A DNA stretch of 64,000 bases, from the NCBI RefSeq assembly GCF_009914755.1, contig NC_060940.1, one strand, 5' to 3'. This DNA is from the human T2T-CHM13v2.0 reference genome, Homo sapiens. Numbering within the stretch: position 1 is the first letter of the stretch; the number at the start of each line of letters is the position of its first letter. Below, piece by piece: positions 29,761 through 45,500 of this stretch. A program made the position numbers and the translations under genes. A model generated the notes under the pieces. It made no database searches. It saw nothing but the letters and a program-made list of their open reading frames with translations, and was not told the DNA's origin.

Positions 29761-31669
29761 TATGTTTCAGGAGTGAACTTTTCAAAGGACCAGTGCAACA
29801 CTTCTGCTAACCGCTATAATTTCTGATATCCCATTTCTGCAACTAGAGGATGTTTAAAAGTGTAAAAAATTAATGCACCACAGAAGCAAAGATTTTTTGG
29901 AAGGTTATTCTTTTCCTTTGAGGGCAGGAAAAGAGGGGTGACCCTACTCCTGACTTTCTGCAAGAACTACAATAAACCAAGGGAAATGGTTTCTTTTCAC
30001 TACGCAGAAAGACTGTCAGTCAGGGGGCAAAGTTCAGATGACCAGGCTTTTAAGAAGTGCACAAACTGTAATTTGGATGCTATCAGAAAACAAAATAGTA
30101 AATTTTGTGTTGGAGAGAGCTCAGCACAGAAAACCAGTGAAGGCATCCAGTGTCCCCTATATACATTATTCATAGTAGATTTCAGGAGCTGAGCAAAGAG
30201 GCAAGAGAAATAAAGTCCATGGAAGAGTATGCAGGAAAATGTGGGCAAGGGAAGTTGCAGAAGAGAGAGAGTTCCAAATGAATACGAGCTAAAGTACCAG
30301 GGTGAGCTCTTGCGTAATGGCGTATGGAGTCAGCCAAGATGGCAACAGAGTATAAGAATGCTGACCCAGGTGAATTGAGCTAAGAGATTCTTCCAGCTCC
30401 TAAAATGAATTTCCACCATCATCATATGCCTGTGAATTGTTGCCTACTTTTCATTTAATTACTCAGTGCATTTGTTTAGAAGTTTACCTGGAGAGTCATT
30501 AAATAATTCTTTTAAAAAATGATCTTTGTTTAGAATTCTGGTTGAATTTTCCAATTGAATTATTTGGTAGAAACAAACAAACAAACAAACAAAACCTGAA
30601 TGGTGGAAAACTCTAAGTACAGTGTTTCTAGTTCCTAGACCGATGTCCAAGCCCAGATGATAGTCAAGAACTGAATCTCTCTGGCCTCAGACTTATGGTG
30701 GGAGGAGATAACAGCAGAGCATATAATCTGTGCTCATAAAAGGAATAACTAGTGAGATATAGGAGATTATTTTATTTTCTGTTATTAAGATTTCTCATAC
30801 ATGTATTTTTCCTGTTTTTTAATCACCTTGGTGTCTCAAGCCAAAAAGACTAGAAGTAACAAGATTTTTCACACATCTGTGCACACATATGCAAGATTAT
30901 TTTGGATATTTATTATATATATAATTCAAGAGACAAGATTGAAAATATTTAACTGACTGATGGAAAATAGTAAAAATATTTTGAAAAATTTTCCAAATGC
31001 TTTTCAGAATATTATTCTTTGAATGACATACTATACAAATTTCCTTTTCATTACCAGCATAAAGCTCTAATGTCCATTAGAGGAAGAGAGAACAGTCTCT
31101 TAGTGACAATATGTTAAAGTGACTGTTACTTGACAATGGTACTTCATATTTAATAATGTCCTCATTTTCTGAGATACATTTTATTAAGATGTCATCGAGT
31201 TTTCTGTAAGTCAAATTAATTCATTTTACTAATGTGATATAATGTGAGCAAATAAATTAGCATACTGTATAAGATTTATTTTACATTAATACTAGTTCAA
31301 AATTATACATTTTGGCTACATGAAATTTCTTACAAATACTTGGTTTGTTGCAAGTCATAACACAAAAGTTATTTGCAATGTTTAATTGCCCGTTTTTTCT
31401 TATGCTAATCTTACATTTGCTTTTAATAAGTACAGCCAAGTTAAATAGCAGAGACAAATATTTAGCACCAAAAGACTCTTTCTGTAAAAGACACTATGGT
31501 CTGTTTATGATTCTTCATTTTACAGTTCTGTGTGAGATTTATTATTTATATTTCACAAATGAAAGAAGAAAAATCCAAATAGATAGCTCATTTTATCTGT
31601 TCCAGGACCCAATGTGCTAGTATTCTTGAGGCAGGAAACTTGTGCTACAAATTTTGCAGATTACAGTCA

Positions 31670-32128
<459 letters not shown>

Positions 32129-32289
32129 TCAAATTCTTTTCATATATCTGTGCCTCAGAGGATATTGCTGTTGTTGCATTGTTTGCTTGAAACACTAATT
32201 GGAGGAGTCATCTTCCATTGCTCAACTCTGTACCAACTTGAGTCACTATTTAGTGTCTTGGAGGGTGCAAGTACTTTGGAATTAATCCA

Positions 32290-32440
32290 CCTGGATTTAA
32301 TGAGCCAGGTGTGTGACCTTAGATAAACAGGTAAACCTGTTCTTCCCCTAGTGAGAGTGACTATAACATTCACTTCTAATTTATTGTCATTAGATAATTA
32401 TACAGAGTACTTAGCACATATTAGAAACTTAGCAAATTTC
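32290..32440 (+). mobile_element. MIR fragment
   Basis: gtgtgaccttagataaac...gtacttagcacatattagaaacttagcaaat. Confidence 0.55.
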
Positions 32441-32682
32441 AGTTCTATTCAAAGCTGGACATCCACAGTGATTACGACAATTTTTTTCTACCCTACTAAT
32501 TGTGTTGTGTCTTTTTTTTTTTTTCTTAAATTAGTGTGCTTTCTAAGTTTGGTACAGTAGAGGGAAACAAGGCTGAACTATTGTCAAAGAATTTTATGTG
32601 TTTTCCTTATTTTATGCAATCATTCGGCATAGAGAGTCAAAGATGACTAACTTCATAGTAAGATGCTAATTGAGATATGTTC

Positions 32683-33002
32683 TTTCTTTCTTTCTTTTTT
32701 TCATTTTTATTTTTATCTTTGAGATGGAGTCTCGCTCTGTCACCCAGACTGGAGTGCAGTGGCATGATCTTGGCTCACTGCAAGCTCCGCCTCCCGGTTT
32801 CACACCATTCTCCTGCCTCAGCCTCCTGAGTAGCTCGGGACTACAGGTGCCCACCACCACGCCCAGCTAATTTTTTTTATTTTTGGTAGAGATGGGGTTT
32901 CACCGTGTCAGCCAGGATGGTCTCAATCTCCTGACCTCGTGATCCACCTGCCTTGGCCTCCCAAATTGCTGAGATTACAGGCTTGAGCCACCGCGCCTGG
33001 CC
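32683..33002 (-). mobile_element. AluY
   Basis: Diagnostic gcaagctccgcctcccggtttcacaccattc and ccaggatggtctc; TSD AGATATGTTCTT. Confidence 0.96.
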
Positions 33003-33379
33003 AAGATATGTTCTTGACCTAGTCAGATTATTGTCATGTCAAAGATTTTAATTAATACACATAATATTCTATCATGTATTATAGAGAAAATATTATTTTC
33101 TATTATGAAAAAATAAAGTCAGCACATGCAAGACTACAAATTTGGATAAAAACAGCTGCCATCATTATTTTTCTATTTGTTGTTACGTGGGTAGCTGGGG
33201 CATGGAGTTTAATAATGCTATTCACAACATCAAGAGTAAACTTTTGAATTTGAATTGCAGTTTTGAACATATTTTAATAAATAAAAATTTCAAAACAGGT
33301 TGGAGTCAATATCTCAGAATCTGTCATGATAGTAATCATCACGCACTATCCATCAATTTCTCCTTAGGAATAGTAATAA

Positions 33380-33680
<301 letters not shown>

Positions 33681-34334
33681 AAGAACAGTAGTAATTGAAT
33701 ATAAAAACTCTACATTGGTACATTTCGGTAACGAACTCTCTGAGTTTTTGATGTGGACAATCCATATTCTCAGTGCTGGCTACAAGTTGCATTTTGCCAC
33801 AATTGCTGACTCTAAAGTTCTTCTGATGTGATAGTTGAAATTCTGCAGGTCAGGTGGGTGGACAAATCACTGTGAGCAAGTCATGAACAGATGAATCTCT
33901 GGAACTATTTTGGGTTTTATCTTTGGAAAATTTTGGTCCCATACAACTTTGAAACTTATTTTTAAAACTTCTAGATTTATGAAAATAGTTAGGAGAGAAA
34001 GAAAATTGCAATTTTGTATCTTCCTTCTACTATTTTTGTAGTTTGTGCCTAAAATTAGCTGTTAGATGACATAAAGGATTACATTAGTTTTATCCATTTA
34101 TTAATACATTGCATTCATATTTTAACCTATTCTCAGGTCCCACACTATTTACTAGAATGCTATTAAAGAACAGAGTGTATGAATCTCTCCTTGATAGTAA
34201 TTTATGGTCTATAGATAACATGAAAAATGTAACAAGTTGACAAAATAAAATAGTGTAAGAATACATGCGAAATGGAATGAGACTATAGATTAATGGAACT
34301 AAATTTTCTTTTTAAAAATTTTTTTCCCATCCAA

Positions 34335-34810
34335 CATTTATTTTAGGTTCAAGAAGTACATGTGCAGGTTTGTTACATGAGTAAATTGTGTGTCACAGGG
34401 GTTTGGTGTACAGATAATTTTGTCACCCAGGTAATCAACATAATACCCGATAGGTTGTTTTTCAGTCCTCTCTCTCCTCCCGCCCTCTGCTCTCAAGTAG
34501 GTCCTGGTGTCTGTTGTTCCCTTCTTTGTGTCCATTTTTACTCAGTGTTTAGCTCCCACTTATTAGTGAGAACATGTAGTATTTGGTTTTCTGTTCCTGT
34601 ATTAATTTGGTTAGGATAGTGGCCTCCAGCTCCATCCATGTTGCTGCAAAGGACACAATTTCATTCTTTTTTAAGGCTGCATAGTATTCCATGGTATATA
34701 TGTACCACATTTTCTTTATGCAGTCAAAAACCACTTATGGGCATCTAGGTTGACTCCGTGTGTTTACTATTGTGAATAGTGCTGCAATGAACATATGTGT
34801 GCATGTCTTT
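34335..34810 (-). mobile_element. L1PB/L1PA16-type 3' end
   Basis: ttttattttaggttcaagaagtacatgtgcaggtttgttacatgagtaaattgtg. Confidence 0.92.
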
Positions 34811-35334
34811 CTATATATGCATTAAATATACTGTTAATCAGCTTAACAGTGAGAAGAAGCATTGGTTAGGGTATCTGGAAATGATGGACCTTTCGTTTCA
34901 CTTTGGAGGGGTGCTGTTGCTACAGAAGATACTTTTATGGACATGGAGGTTAGTGCTATGACTCCCCACAGGAAGATGTCTTACTGAGGAGAATTGGGTC
35001 TCAACAGGACTGCTACATTGCACAAAACCAGAAGCTCAACTGAACCCTTAAAATGGCATGGCATGGAAGAACACCTGAATTCAGAAATATGACCAAAAGT
35101 GGTGTGAAATAAAATCAATAAAATCCATCAAGACATCACAAAGCATGTATTCTGGGCTATGAAGCCGGACATTTCCCCTCAGTTGTAGAGAAATTAAACC
35201 GAGCCACTTACAATAAGAGCAAAGCTAGCAATTCACACATATGCTGTGAAATAATGGCTGGGAGTTCCTTTTTGGCATTCAACTGCCTTCTAATGCATTC
35301 TAGATATAATAGACTGAAGAAGAAAGAGGGAAAC

Positions 35335-35520
35335 ATATTTTTGAGCACTTTTGAAGAGTAAGTTTTGTGCAAGACCCCTTATATTGAACTTCATGGCTGC
35401 TGTATGAATCCTCGCTGTTCATATTTACAGTTAAGGTAAGTGAGGCTCAGAGACACTGAGTTATTGTGACACATCAGAGTCAGAGGCAGAATTCACAGCC
35501 AGGACTCTTCAATTTACTGT
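35335..35520 (-). mobile_element. MIR
   Basis: catatttacagttaaggtaagtgaggctcagaga...ggcagaattcacagccagg. Confidence 0.7.
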
Positions 35521-35846
35521 CCTGCGCTCATCTCCAAATACCGTGTTTCTCAAGAAGCAAACACTCCCCTACATCTCAGCAGAAAGCAGCCAAGCTATGA
35601 TATAACTAAAAATGATTTGTGAACTTAACTACATTAGGATATGAAATACGCTTTTTTAAGTAACAAATAATTCCTGGTAAACCTCCAACATTCCTGACCT
35701 TGTTCTCCTAATCCTGTTTCTCAGATGGTCCCCGTCTTGATTCAACTCTGACATGCTGGTATGCCTTGTGACTCTGTCCTAGATCTTTCAGATCATTTTC
35801 TACACACTCTTCCTTAGCACTCTCATCCCTTCCACGGATACACTTA

Positions 35847-35958
35847 TATTAGGTTAGTGTAAAAGTAACGGCAAAAACGCAATTATATTAGGTTGGTACA
35901 AAACTAAGAGACTTACTATTAGGTTGGTATAAACCCAATTACTTTTGCGCCAACCTAA
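35847..35958. mobile_element. Rearranged MADE1 (Hsmar1 mariner MITE)
   Basis: Three TA+TTAGGTT(A/G)GT TIR heads and one right TIR caattacttttgcgccaacctaa. Confidence 0.85.
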
Positions 35959-36221
35959 CAGTAACTCTCCCAACCAAAGTCTGCCTAACCAATGTGCTGA
36001 CTTCACTGATATTCACTATTCCTTGGTAAAATATATTCATTGATTCCCATAGCATGTTGAGCCACTGTGCCTGGTTGCCTGCATTTTTCACTTTTCCTTC
36101 TTCCAGTAGAGCTGTGTGCTTATCTTTGTCAGTGGTTTTTGTTCCCAAACCTGTTTAGGCCAGTTGGACATGTTATTATATTGTGTATTTTCATTCTGTA
36201 TTTTGCTGATTGAAAGTAAAT

Positions 36222-37050
<829 letters not shown>

Positions 37051-37109
37051 AAGTTAGGATAAAATATTTAAAGTATATGACTATTTCATGTTTTTACCTT
37101 CAGCTAACT

Positions 37110-37420
37110 TTTTTAGTTAAAAAAATAAAACAGGAAAACTGGGGAAAGTTAACAAGCAAAATATTTACAAAGGGTGAGGAGGGCTTAGAGAAACCAACAA
37201 AGAGTAATGCAGTGCCACAGATCTACCGACAGTGAGGGAGCCTCTGCCTCCCTTACACTCAAGGAAACCCAGGGAGTGAAGCCATATGGAAAGGAGACAT
37301 GGCCTTTTGTGATGGACAGTTGAAGCGACCCAACAAGAAAGAAGCCAAAAATTAAGCCACCAACCTCCTCTTCTCCTGCCTCTGAATCCTGCTAATGCTC
37401 ACTGCTGCAGAGATTAACAG
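37110..37420 (-). mobile_element. Old ERVL LTR (LTR33-like) fragment
   Basis: atttacaaagggtgaggagggcttagagaaaccaacaaagag resembles LTR33 antisense. Confidence 0.5.
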
Positions 37421-37728
37421 GAGATATGTAGCATAATCCATCACTTTTGTCGTTTATATCCACTCCTGATTTTTATATGGGTGGGAAATTTATGCACTCA
37501 ATGTGATGAATTCCCAAGACTGATTAGATAATGTAACATTTTTAGGGAAATATCAATTAGAACATATTCCCATCTGTAAATCTAAAATGTTAGCAACACC
37601 ATTGTGTGCTCTCTGCTCCTTAGAGCATTTGATAAAGGGACTGTTCACAGAAATGTCGACAGGACTTCATGGCACCAAGAAAGGATATAGGGCTTTACTC
37701 TTTCTTGCCTCCCTAGGCTTTACTCTTC

Positions 37729-38046
<318 letters not shown>

Positions 38047-38256
38047 GGCTTTACTCTTCTGAAAGAGCATGGAGGGGTGGGGCAGCTGCTTCCAAGAGAG
38101 AGTTGCTATATGGAAAGAGCTACTTCCTTTCTTTGCTCCCAGTTTTTCACGTGACAGAAGCCCATCTCTTTTAATCAAAAGAGGAGTGGAGGAGGAGGAC
38201 AAACCTTTTCCTTTTGTCTTTATCCATAGAAATAGATTGGTATTCTTTTGTGTGCA

Positions 38257-38260
<4 letters not shown>

Positions 38261-38294
<34 letters not shown>
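38261..38294. repeat. (TG)17 microsatellite
   Basis: Pure TG run. Confidence 0.95.
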
Positions 38295-38295
<1 letters not shown>

Positions 38296-38320
38296 CTGTA
38301 GGTGTATATATGTATATATA

Positions 38321-38870
38321 CAGTCAGGTGCTGCATAATGACATTTGGGCCAATGATGGACCGCATATATAATGGTGGTTCCATAAGATTATAATGGAGC
38401 TGAAAAAATCCTATCGCCTAGTGACATCATAGCTGTTGTAATGTTGTAGCACACTTTATTTTTAATAAATTTATTGTAGCCTAAATGTACAGCATTGATG
38501 AAGTCTACAGTAGTGTACAGTAATGTCCTAGGCATTCACCTTTACTCAGAGAAACTTCCCATCAGGCCAGCTCAATTCATGGCAACAATTCTATAGAGAT
38601 GTACCATTTTAAAAATCCATATTTTTACCGTGTTTTGATATGTTTAGATACACAGATACTTACCATTGTGTTACAATTGCCAGCAGTATTCAGTACAGTA
38701 GCATGCTGTACAGATTTGCAGCCTGGGAACAATGGTTTATATCATATAGCCTAGGGGTGTAGTAGGTGATACTGTGCTTGTGTAAGTATACCCTGTGATG
38801 TTGGCACAACAGAATTGCCTAACGATGCATTTCTCAGAACATATCCCTGATGTTAAGTGACACCTGACTG
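38321..38870. mobile_element. Tigger3 (Golem) non-autonomous derivative
   Basis: TIRs CAGTCAGGTG...CACCTGACTG, preceded by TA; ggtggttccataagattataatggagctgaaaaa. Confidence 0.9.
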
Positions 38871-40418
38871 CATTTTCAAAAACTAACACTTTCAGCATTT
38901 TTCAGCACTCCCTATAAACACTGAAATAAAAATAAAAATGTATGCATTAGTCAAGAAACACTGACACATTGAGAAGTGGCTAAATTAATGAAATTATCAT
39001 TTGCATATAGAAAATAATACAAGTTGATTATTGGTACATGCTAAGAAATCTGTAAGAAGATATTTCAAAGCATACCTGGAATATTATGAAAAATTTTATA
39101 TTTTTTCATAGATAATTACAATCAATTTATGATTCTCTATTTCTGTATAAAGCCTTGTCTTTGAATTGTGTTCTACATGTACACACAGAAAAAAATACCC
39201 GTTGTGTATTTCAACCATTTATAATTGTTCATCAATAATATTAAGTAGAATGGCATGAATTATTTGCCATTGGCATTAGCCTGTAGTTTTGTAACTATGA
39301 AGATTATTTTTAATTAAATCATACTATCAGATGTTTTAATGAGAATCACTCCTGTGAAGCTCTTTGCCAGAAACACACACACCTAAACACACACTTTTTA
39401 ACTGTATGGATTATTCAATTTAAGTTGACATGAAAATGTACTTTGTAAATTTGCTAATGAAAGACAATCTTTGAGATAAGCAAAACAAGGCATTGACTAC
39501 AATTTGACCAAACCAGCCTTTTTCAAAACTGTGAGATCAATCAGTTCCTTGCAAATCATCAGTAAATCTGATGTATAGCATTACATTTTTATTTTTATAG
39601 ATTTTAATTTCTTGGTTTAATTACTCTGCATTCCTCTGGTTAGAAAAACAACCTGATGAGTTATTTTTATTTATAGCATTTCCACTCAATGTGCTTATGA
39701 TTATATTTCAGTGCACTGGAAATTTGCAATCATCTATTTCAGTGACTTTAAAGTTTTTTTTTTTGAAATTAAGCTTTTGATAAAGGTTAAAGAACTGTTT
39801 TTAAAGATAAAATACTATTTGCTAAGATGACCAGTAAGGAAATTTGCAAATATGTATATTACAAAATCATTACAAAGAGATGACATTATAATTTGTATTT
39901 GGCAAAATCATCCAGTTTTAGAATCATTAGACCTTTATTGAGTATTTCTATAGAAAGACCTGTGTGCCACAGTTTTTCACAAGACATCTTCAATTAGTGC
40001 TCAGAAATGTATAAATTTGATGTTAATAATACAAAAAAAGTCTACTCTTATTTAGTAGGCATCTTGTGAGCAATGTAACCACTGGGCTATATCAATGTAC
40101 ATTTCAGATTCTTTAGCTTGGCTTAAAAGACCTCTCATGGCCTCCTCCTCCAGTCCTGCTCTGATCACTAGTCTTTGACAGCTGTCCTGATCTTATCTGA
40201 ATTTCTCTAAATGCCTTGCTCTCTTTGGTTTCTGGTCTTCTTCCATGGTTGTTCTTCTCTCTATCTTGACCTCCATTCCTGCCCCTACATTGTCACCTTT
40301 TCATTGAACCAAGTCCAAATAATCTTTCAGGCACCAGCCTAAATGTCATCTTATGCATTTAATGATGCCCAACAACTGTTTATTAAATGCATTATCTAGT
40401 CCCACTTGACTAGTGTAG

Positions 40419-40753
<335 letters not shown>

Positions 40754-40820
40754 TACATATATGTTCTTATTGCCCCTTCAAATGCTATGACAGCACTCAT
40801 CAACTATTACTGTAATTTCT

Positions 40821-41587
40821 TTTTAAATTTTTTAAAATTGACTTTTATTCCGATTTGTTTTTTACTTTTTTACTTTAAGTTCTGGGACACATGCGCAGAA
40901 TGTGCAGGGTTGTTACATATGTATGCATGTGCTATGGTGGTTTACTGCACCTATCATCCCGTCACCTAGGTTTTAAGGCCTGCATGCATTAGCTAGTTGT
41001 CCTGATGCTCTCCCTCCCCTCCCCACCACCGCCCGACAGGCCCCAGTGTGTGTTGTTCCCCTCCCTGTGTCCATGTGTTCTTATTGTTCAGTTTCCACTT
41101 ATGATAACATGTGGTGTTTGGTTTTCTGTTCTTGTGTTAATCTACTGAGGATGATGGCTTCCAGCTTCATCCTTGTCCCTGCAAAGGACATGATCTCATT
41201 TCTTCTTGTGGCTGCATAGTACCACATATGATATACACATAGTGTATATCATACACATAGAGTGGTGTGTGTGTACCACATTTTCTTTATCCAGTCTGTC
41301 ATCGATGGGCATTTCGGTTGGTTCCATGTCTTTGCTATTGTGAATAGTGTTGCAATAAACATACGTGTGCATGTATCTTTATAACAGAATGACTTATATT
41401 CCTTTGGGTATATACCCAGTAATGGGATTGCTGGGCCAAATGGTGTTTCTGGTTCTAGATCCTTGAGGAATTGTCACAATGTCTTCCATAATAGTTGAAC
41501 TAATTTACATTCCCACCAACAATGTAAAAGCATTCCTATTTCTCTACAGCCTCACCAGCATCTGTTGTTTCTTGGCTTTTTAATAAT
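40821..41587 (-). mobile_element. L1PA (PA8-like) 3' end, inserted into an L2
   Basis: TSD TATTACTGTAATTTCT at 40805-40820 and 41588-41603; L2 tail ctcataaacatttgggtaaatgaat follows near 41720. Confidence 0.93.
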
Positions 41588-43708
41588 TATTACTGTAATT
41601 TCTAATGTAATGCACCTGTCTCCTTTGCAGGATATTTAGCTCAGAGGAGGCAAAGCAATGACTATCATGTATCTCCTTTAAATTCTGCCACCTGTCACCA
41701 AGACTTCCCTGTAATAGATGCTCATAAACATTTGGGTAAATGAATAATTTAACAAATCAGACTCGTTATGGATCACAAAATATTTTAATGCATCATATAG
41801 AAGAGGTAAAGAATGTAAGTGGGGCAGAGCCCTCAGCATGTTACAAATAGCACAGCATGTTGGGACATTAGATCCAGTGGACCACTTCAGAGGATGGAGA
41901 TGGTCAGAGGTTGTGAAGAAGCTGTGTTCTGTGTAATGTGAAACTGGTGTGGCCACTGGACTCTTCAGCAGGACAGACCTTAGCATTTTACCTTTCTAGA
42001 GCATGCGTATGCCGCATTGCTTCAAAGCTGATGTATCAAGTAGTTTCCATGTTGAAAGAACTCCTAACAAAGCATTAGCAGTCTGTATACCCAGTTCACA
42101 GTGCAGCAACTCAGGGGCTGGTGAAGATACTCAGCTTGGTTCACACGGTTGATCTTTCTGCCTGGAAGTCACGCCCGACAGTGTTCAGAGTTCATATTTT
42201 TTATACTAATGAAATCAAGAATTGTAAAGAGCCCTAAGGTCAAAAGTGACCCATGCAATGATGGGAATGTAGCAGTGAAATATATATATATGAATGAAGT
42301 AATCGTCAACTTGGTAACTATAATTTCCCACTTGGTTTAAATGAGATTTTCCTTGCTCACAATCAGCATGTGAACCAGTGCCCCTGCAGGGGCACTGCCA
42401 GGCTCAGAGCTGTGCTGTCTGACTGGTTTTTGCATTCTTAAATATTCCTTTTCATTCCTGCTGTCCCCGTACTCCTCATGGCAGACACTTTCATCTTTAA
42501 ATCCAGTTGTTTTTGTCAGTATTATTAGAAGACAAATCATATCCTGTAGATTGTCAAATGCATTTATTTATAACAGGCTCTGTAAAAGGTCTCTGAAGTC
42601 TGGGGTTGGAAGAGCAACAGCTAACAAGTTGACGGCAGAATAGTTAATCAAATTAAATTGGGGTTTCTAAGCCTTAATATAGGACCCCATCAGGTAATGA
42701 TGAGCAAGGCTTCATCTTCTGCAGAGGTTGTAGACAGCAAGCCTGTCACATGACTGCTTTGCTCGCAAGGAGCTCAGGCCAAGAACTTCGCCTGTCATTT
42801 TCATTTCCTTATGAAAACCAACTACTGATGCTTTGAAGAATGGAATACCAATTAGACCATTTGGGGAATGAAGGTAATTTAGTGGGTTAAGAAACAAAAA
42901 TACTATCATCAATTCTGTTGCTTACAGCAAATTAGCAGGTGGTCCAGAGAATGAGAGATGCGATATACATTCAGGAGCCCAGTTTCCCAAGATGGAACAA
43001 GAAAACATGTTCATCATTGAAAGCAGGCATGGCTTTTGGACATGTTAGCACTAATTTTTTTAAGTGTGGAAACAACTCTTAACTTTCCTCTGAATCAGAG
43101 CTGAAGCAGGGTATTAATTTTCCTCCCTGGTTGAGGTTACCTTTAACTCCCAATTCAAAACTGTATTACATTGACTAGAAAGTACATACATCAAACCAAA
43201 CAATTATGTGTATACATTTTTTTCTGACAGGAATAAAGCCATTTTATACTTTATGAATGACAATTCAAAGAGGTTCACAGATGATTTGATCACTTTATCC
43301 AACTTACATAAATGCAATATAAAGAGGGATTTATGTTGCCTAATTGGACAGGGTACATTTTTTAGTTTTCTTAAAGTGTTCTGCAAACTGTTGTTTTCTT
43401 ACTCTCCACCCCAGTTTTCTCAACACAGGGTCTCTACTGGATTTATTGTCTCTGAGTGGGAAACTGATGGAAAGACCAAATAAAGAACTCAGTGTAAAAC
43501 GTGGGAATCAGTGAACAGAAACAGGCTTCAAAGTGACTTGCCTTATCAGAAGCCAAAAATGATTAAATCTATAAGAGTTAAAATCATGTGATGTTGGCAT
43601 AAATAGATCAATGAAACAATTTACATAGTCATTAAAGAGACTCTAATGTGATACATAGAATTAAAATGAAAAGGAATGGATTATTTAAAAAATTATTGGG
43701 ATAATTAA

Positions 43709-43872
43709 GCTGAATGCAGTGGCTCATTCTTTAGTCCCTGCCATTCCAGGGGGCTGAGGCAGGCAGATTGCTTGAGATCCCTTTAGGGCTTCAGTGCACC
43801 ATGATTGCGCTTGTGAGTAGCCACTGTATTTCAACCTGGGCAACATAGGCAGTGTCTCTTAAAAAAAAAAAA
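43709..43872 (+). mobile_element. FAM (fossil Alu monomer)
   Basis: Monomer with gcgcttgtgagtagccactg...cctgggcaacatag and A tail. Confidence 0.8.
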
Positions 43873-44034
43873 TTAATCATGTAAGCTAGTTAGACCTTAT
43901 AGGGGATCTTAACCTTGCTTGATTTATAAACATAATCAAAACTTAATTTGAGCTATTTATTACACATGCATATTTTCCTAATCCCTTTGTGCTGCTCTAA
44001 CAGAATACCTGAGACTGGGTAACTTATAGAGAAC

Positions 44035-45052
44035 TATCGGGGGAACCCGCCCCCAATATTTCAGCATAGGTTCTTTCTATTTTCCATAAGTGTTGGCCGG
44101 CTGAGAAATAAAGAGAAAGAGTACAAAGAGAGGAATTTTACAGCTGGGCCTCTGGGGGTGACATCACATATCGGTAGGACCATGATGCCAACCTGAGCCA
44201 CAAAACCAGCAAGTTTTTATTGAGGATTTTAAAGTTGGGGGGTGTACGAACAGGGTGTAGGTCACAAAGATCGCACGCTTCAAAGGGCAAAAGGCAGAAC
44301 AAAGATAACATGCTTCTGAGGAAACAGGACAAGGGCAAAATCAGAACTACTGATAAGGGTCTATGTTCAGCTGAGCACATATTGTCTTGATAAACATCTT
44401 AAACAACAGAAAACAGAGTTCGAGAGCAGAGAACTGGTTTGACCACAAATTTGCAAGGGTGGAGTTTTTTCCCTACCCTAATAAGCCTGAGGGTACTTCA
44501 GGAGACCAGGGCGTATCTCAGTCCTTATCTCAACCGCATAGGACAGATACTCCGAGTGGCTGTTTATAGACTGCCCCCCAGGAATGCATTCCTTCCCCAG
44601 GGTATTAATTATTAATATTCCTTGCTAGGAAAAGAATTTAGCAATATCTTCCCTACTTGCATGTCCGTTTATAGGCTCTCTGCAAGAAGAAATATATGGC
44701 TCTTTTTGCCTGACCCTGCAGGCAGTCAGACCTTATGGTTGTCTTCTCTTGTTCCCTAAAAATCGCTGTTATTCTGCTGTTTTTCAAGGTGCACTGATTT
44801 CGTATTGTTCAAATATACATGTTTTACAATCAATTTGTACAGTTAACACAATTATCACAGTGGTCCTGAGGTGACATACATCCTCAGCTTACGAAGATAA
44901 CAGGATTAAGAGATTAAAGTAAAGATAGGCATAAGAAATTATAAAAGTATTATTTGGGAACTGATAAATGTCCAGGAAGTCTTCATAATTTATGTTCCTC
45001 TGCCGTGGCTCCAGCCAGTCCCTCCGTTCAGGGTCCCTTACTTCCCGCAACA
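44035..45052 (-). mobile_element. MER11 solo LTR (HERV-K11/HML-8)
   Basis: Minus strand starts TGTTGCGGGAAGT and ends GGGTTCCCCCGATA; perfect 6-bp TSD GAGAAC (44029-44034, 45053-45058). Confidence 0.93.
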
Positions 45053-45196
45053 GAGAACAAAAAATTATTTCTCATAGTTCTGAGGCTGGGAAGTTTTAAG
45101 ATCAAGGGGCCAGCATCTGGTATTTGGTGAGGGTCTTCTTGCTATGTCCTCATGGCAAAAGAATGGAAGAGGGTGAACTCACTCCTGCAAGCCCTA

Positions 45197-45500
<304 letters not shown>

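Noticed and set aside
42376-42397. CTCF site
   Set aside because: CCTGCAGGGGCAC is one G short of the core spacing; not supportable.
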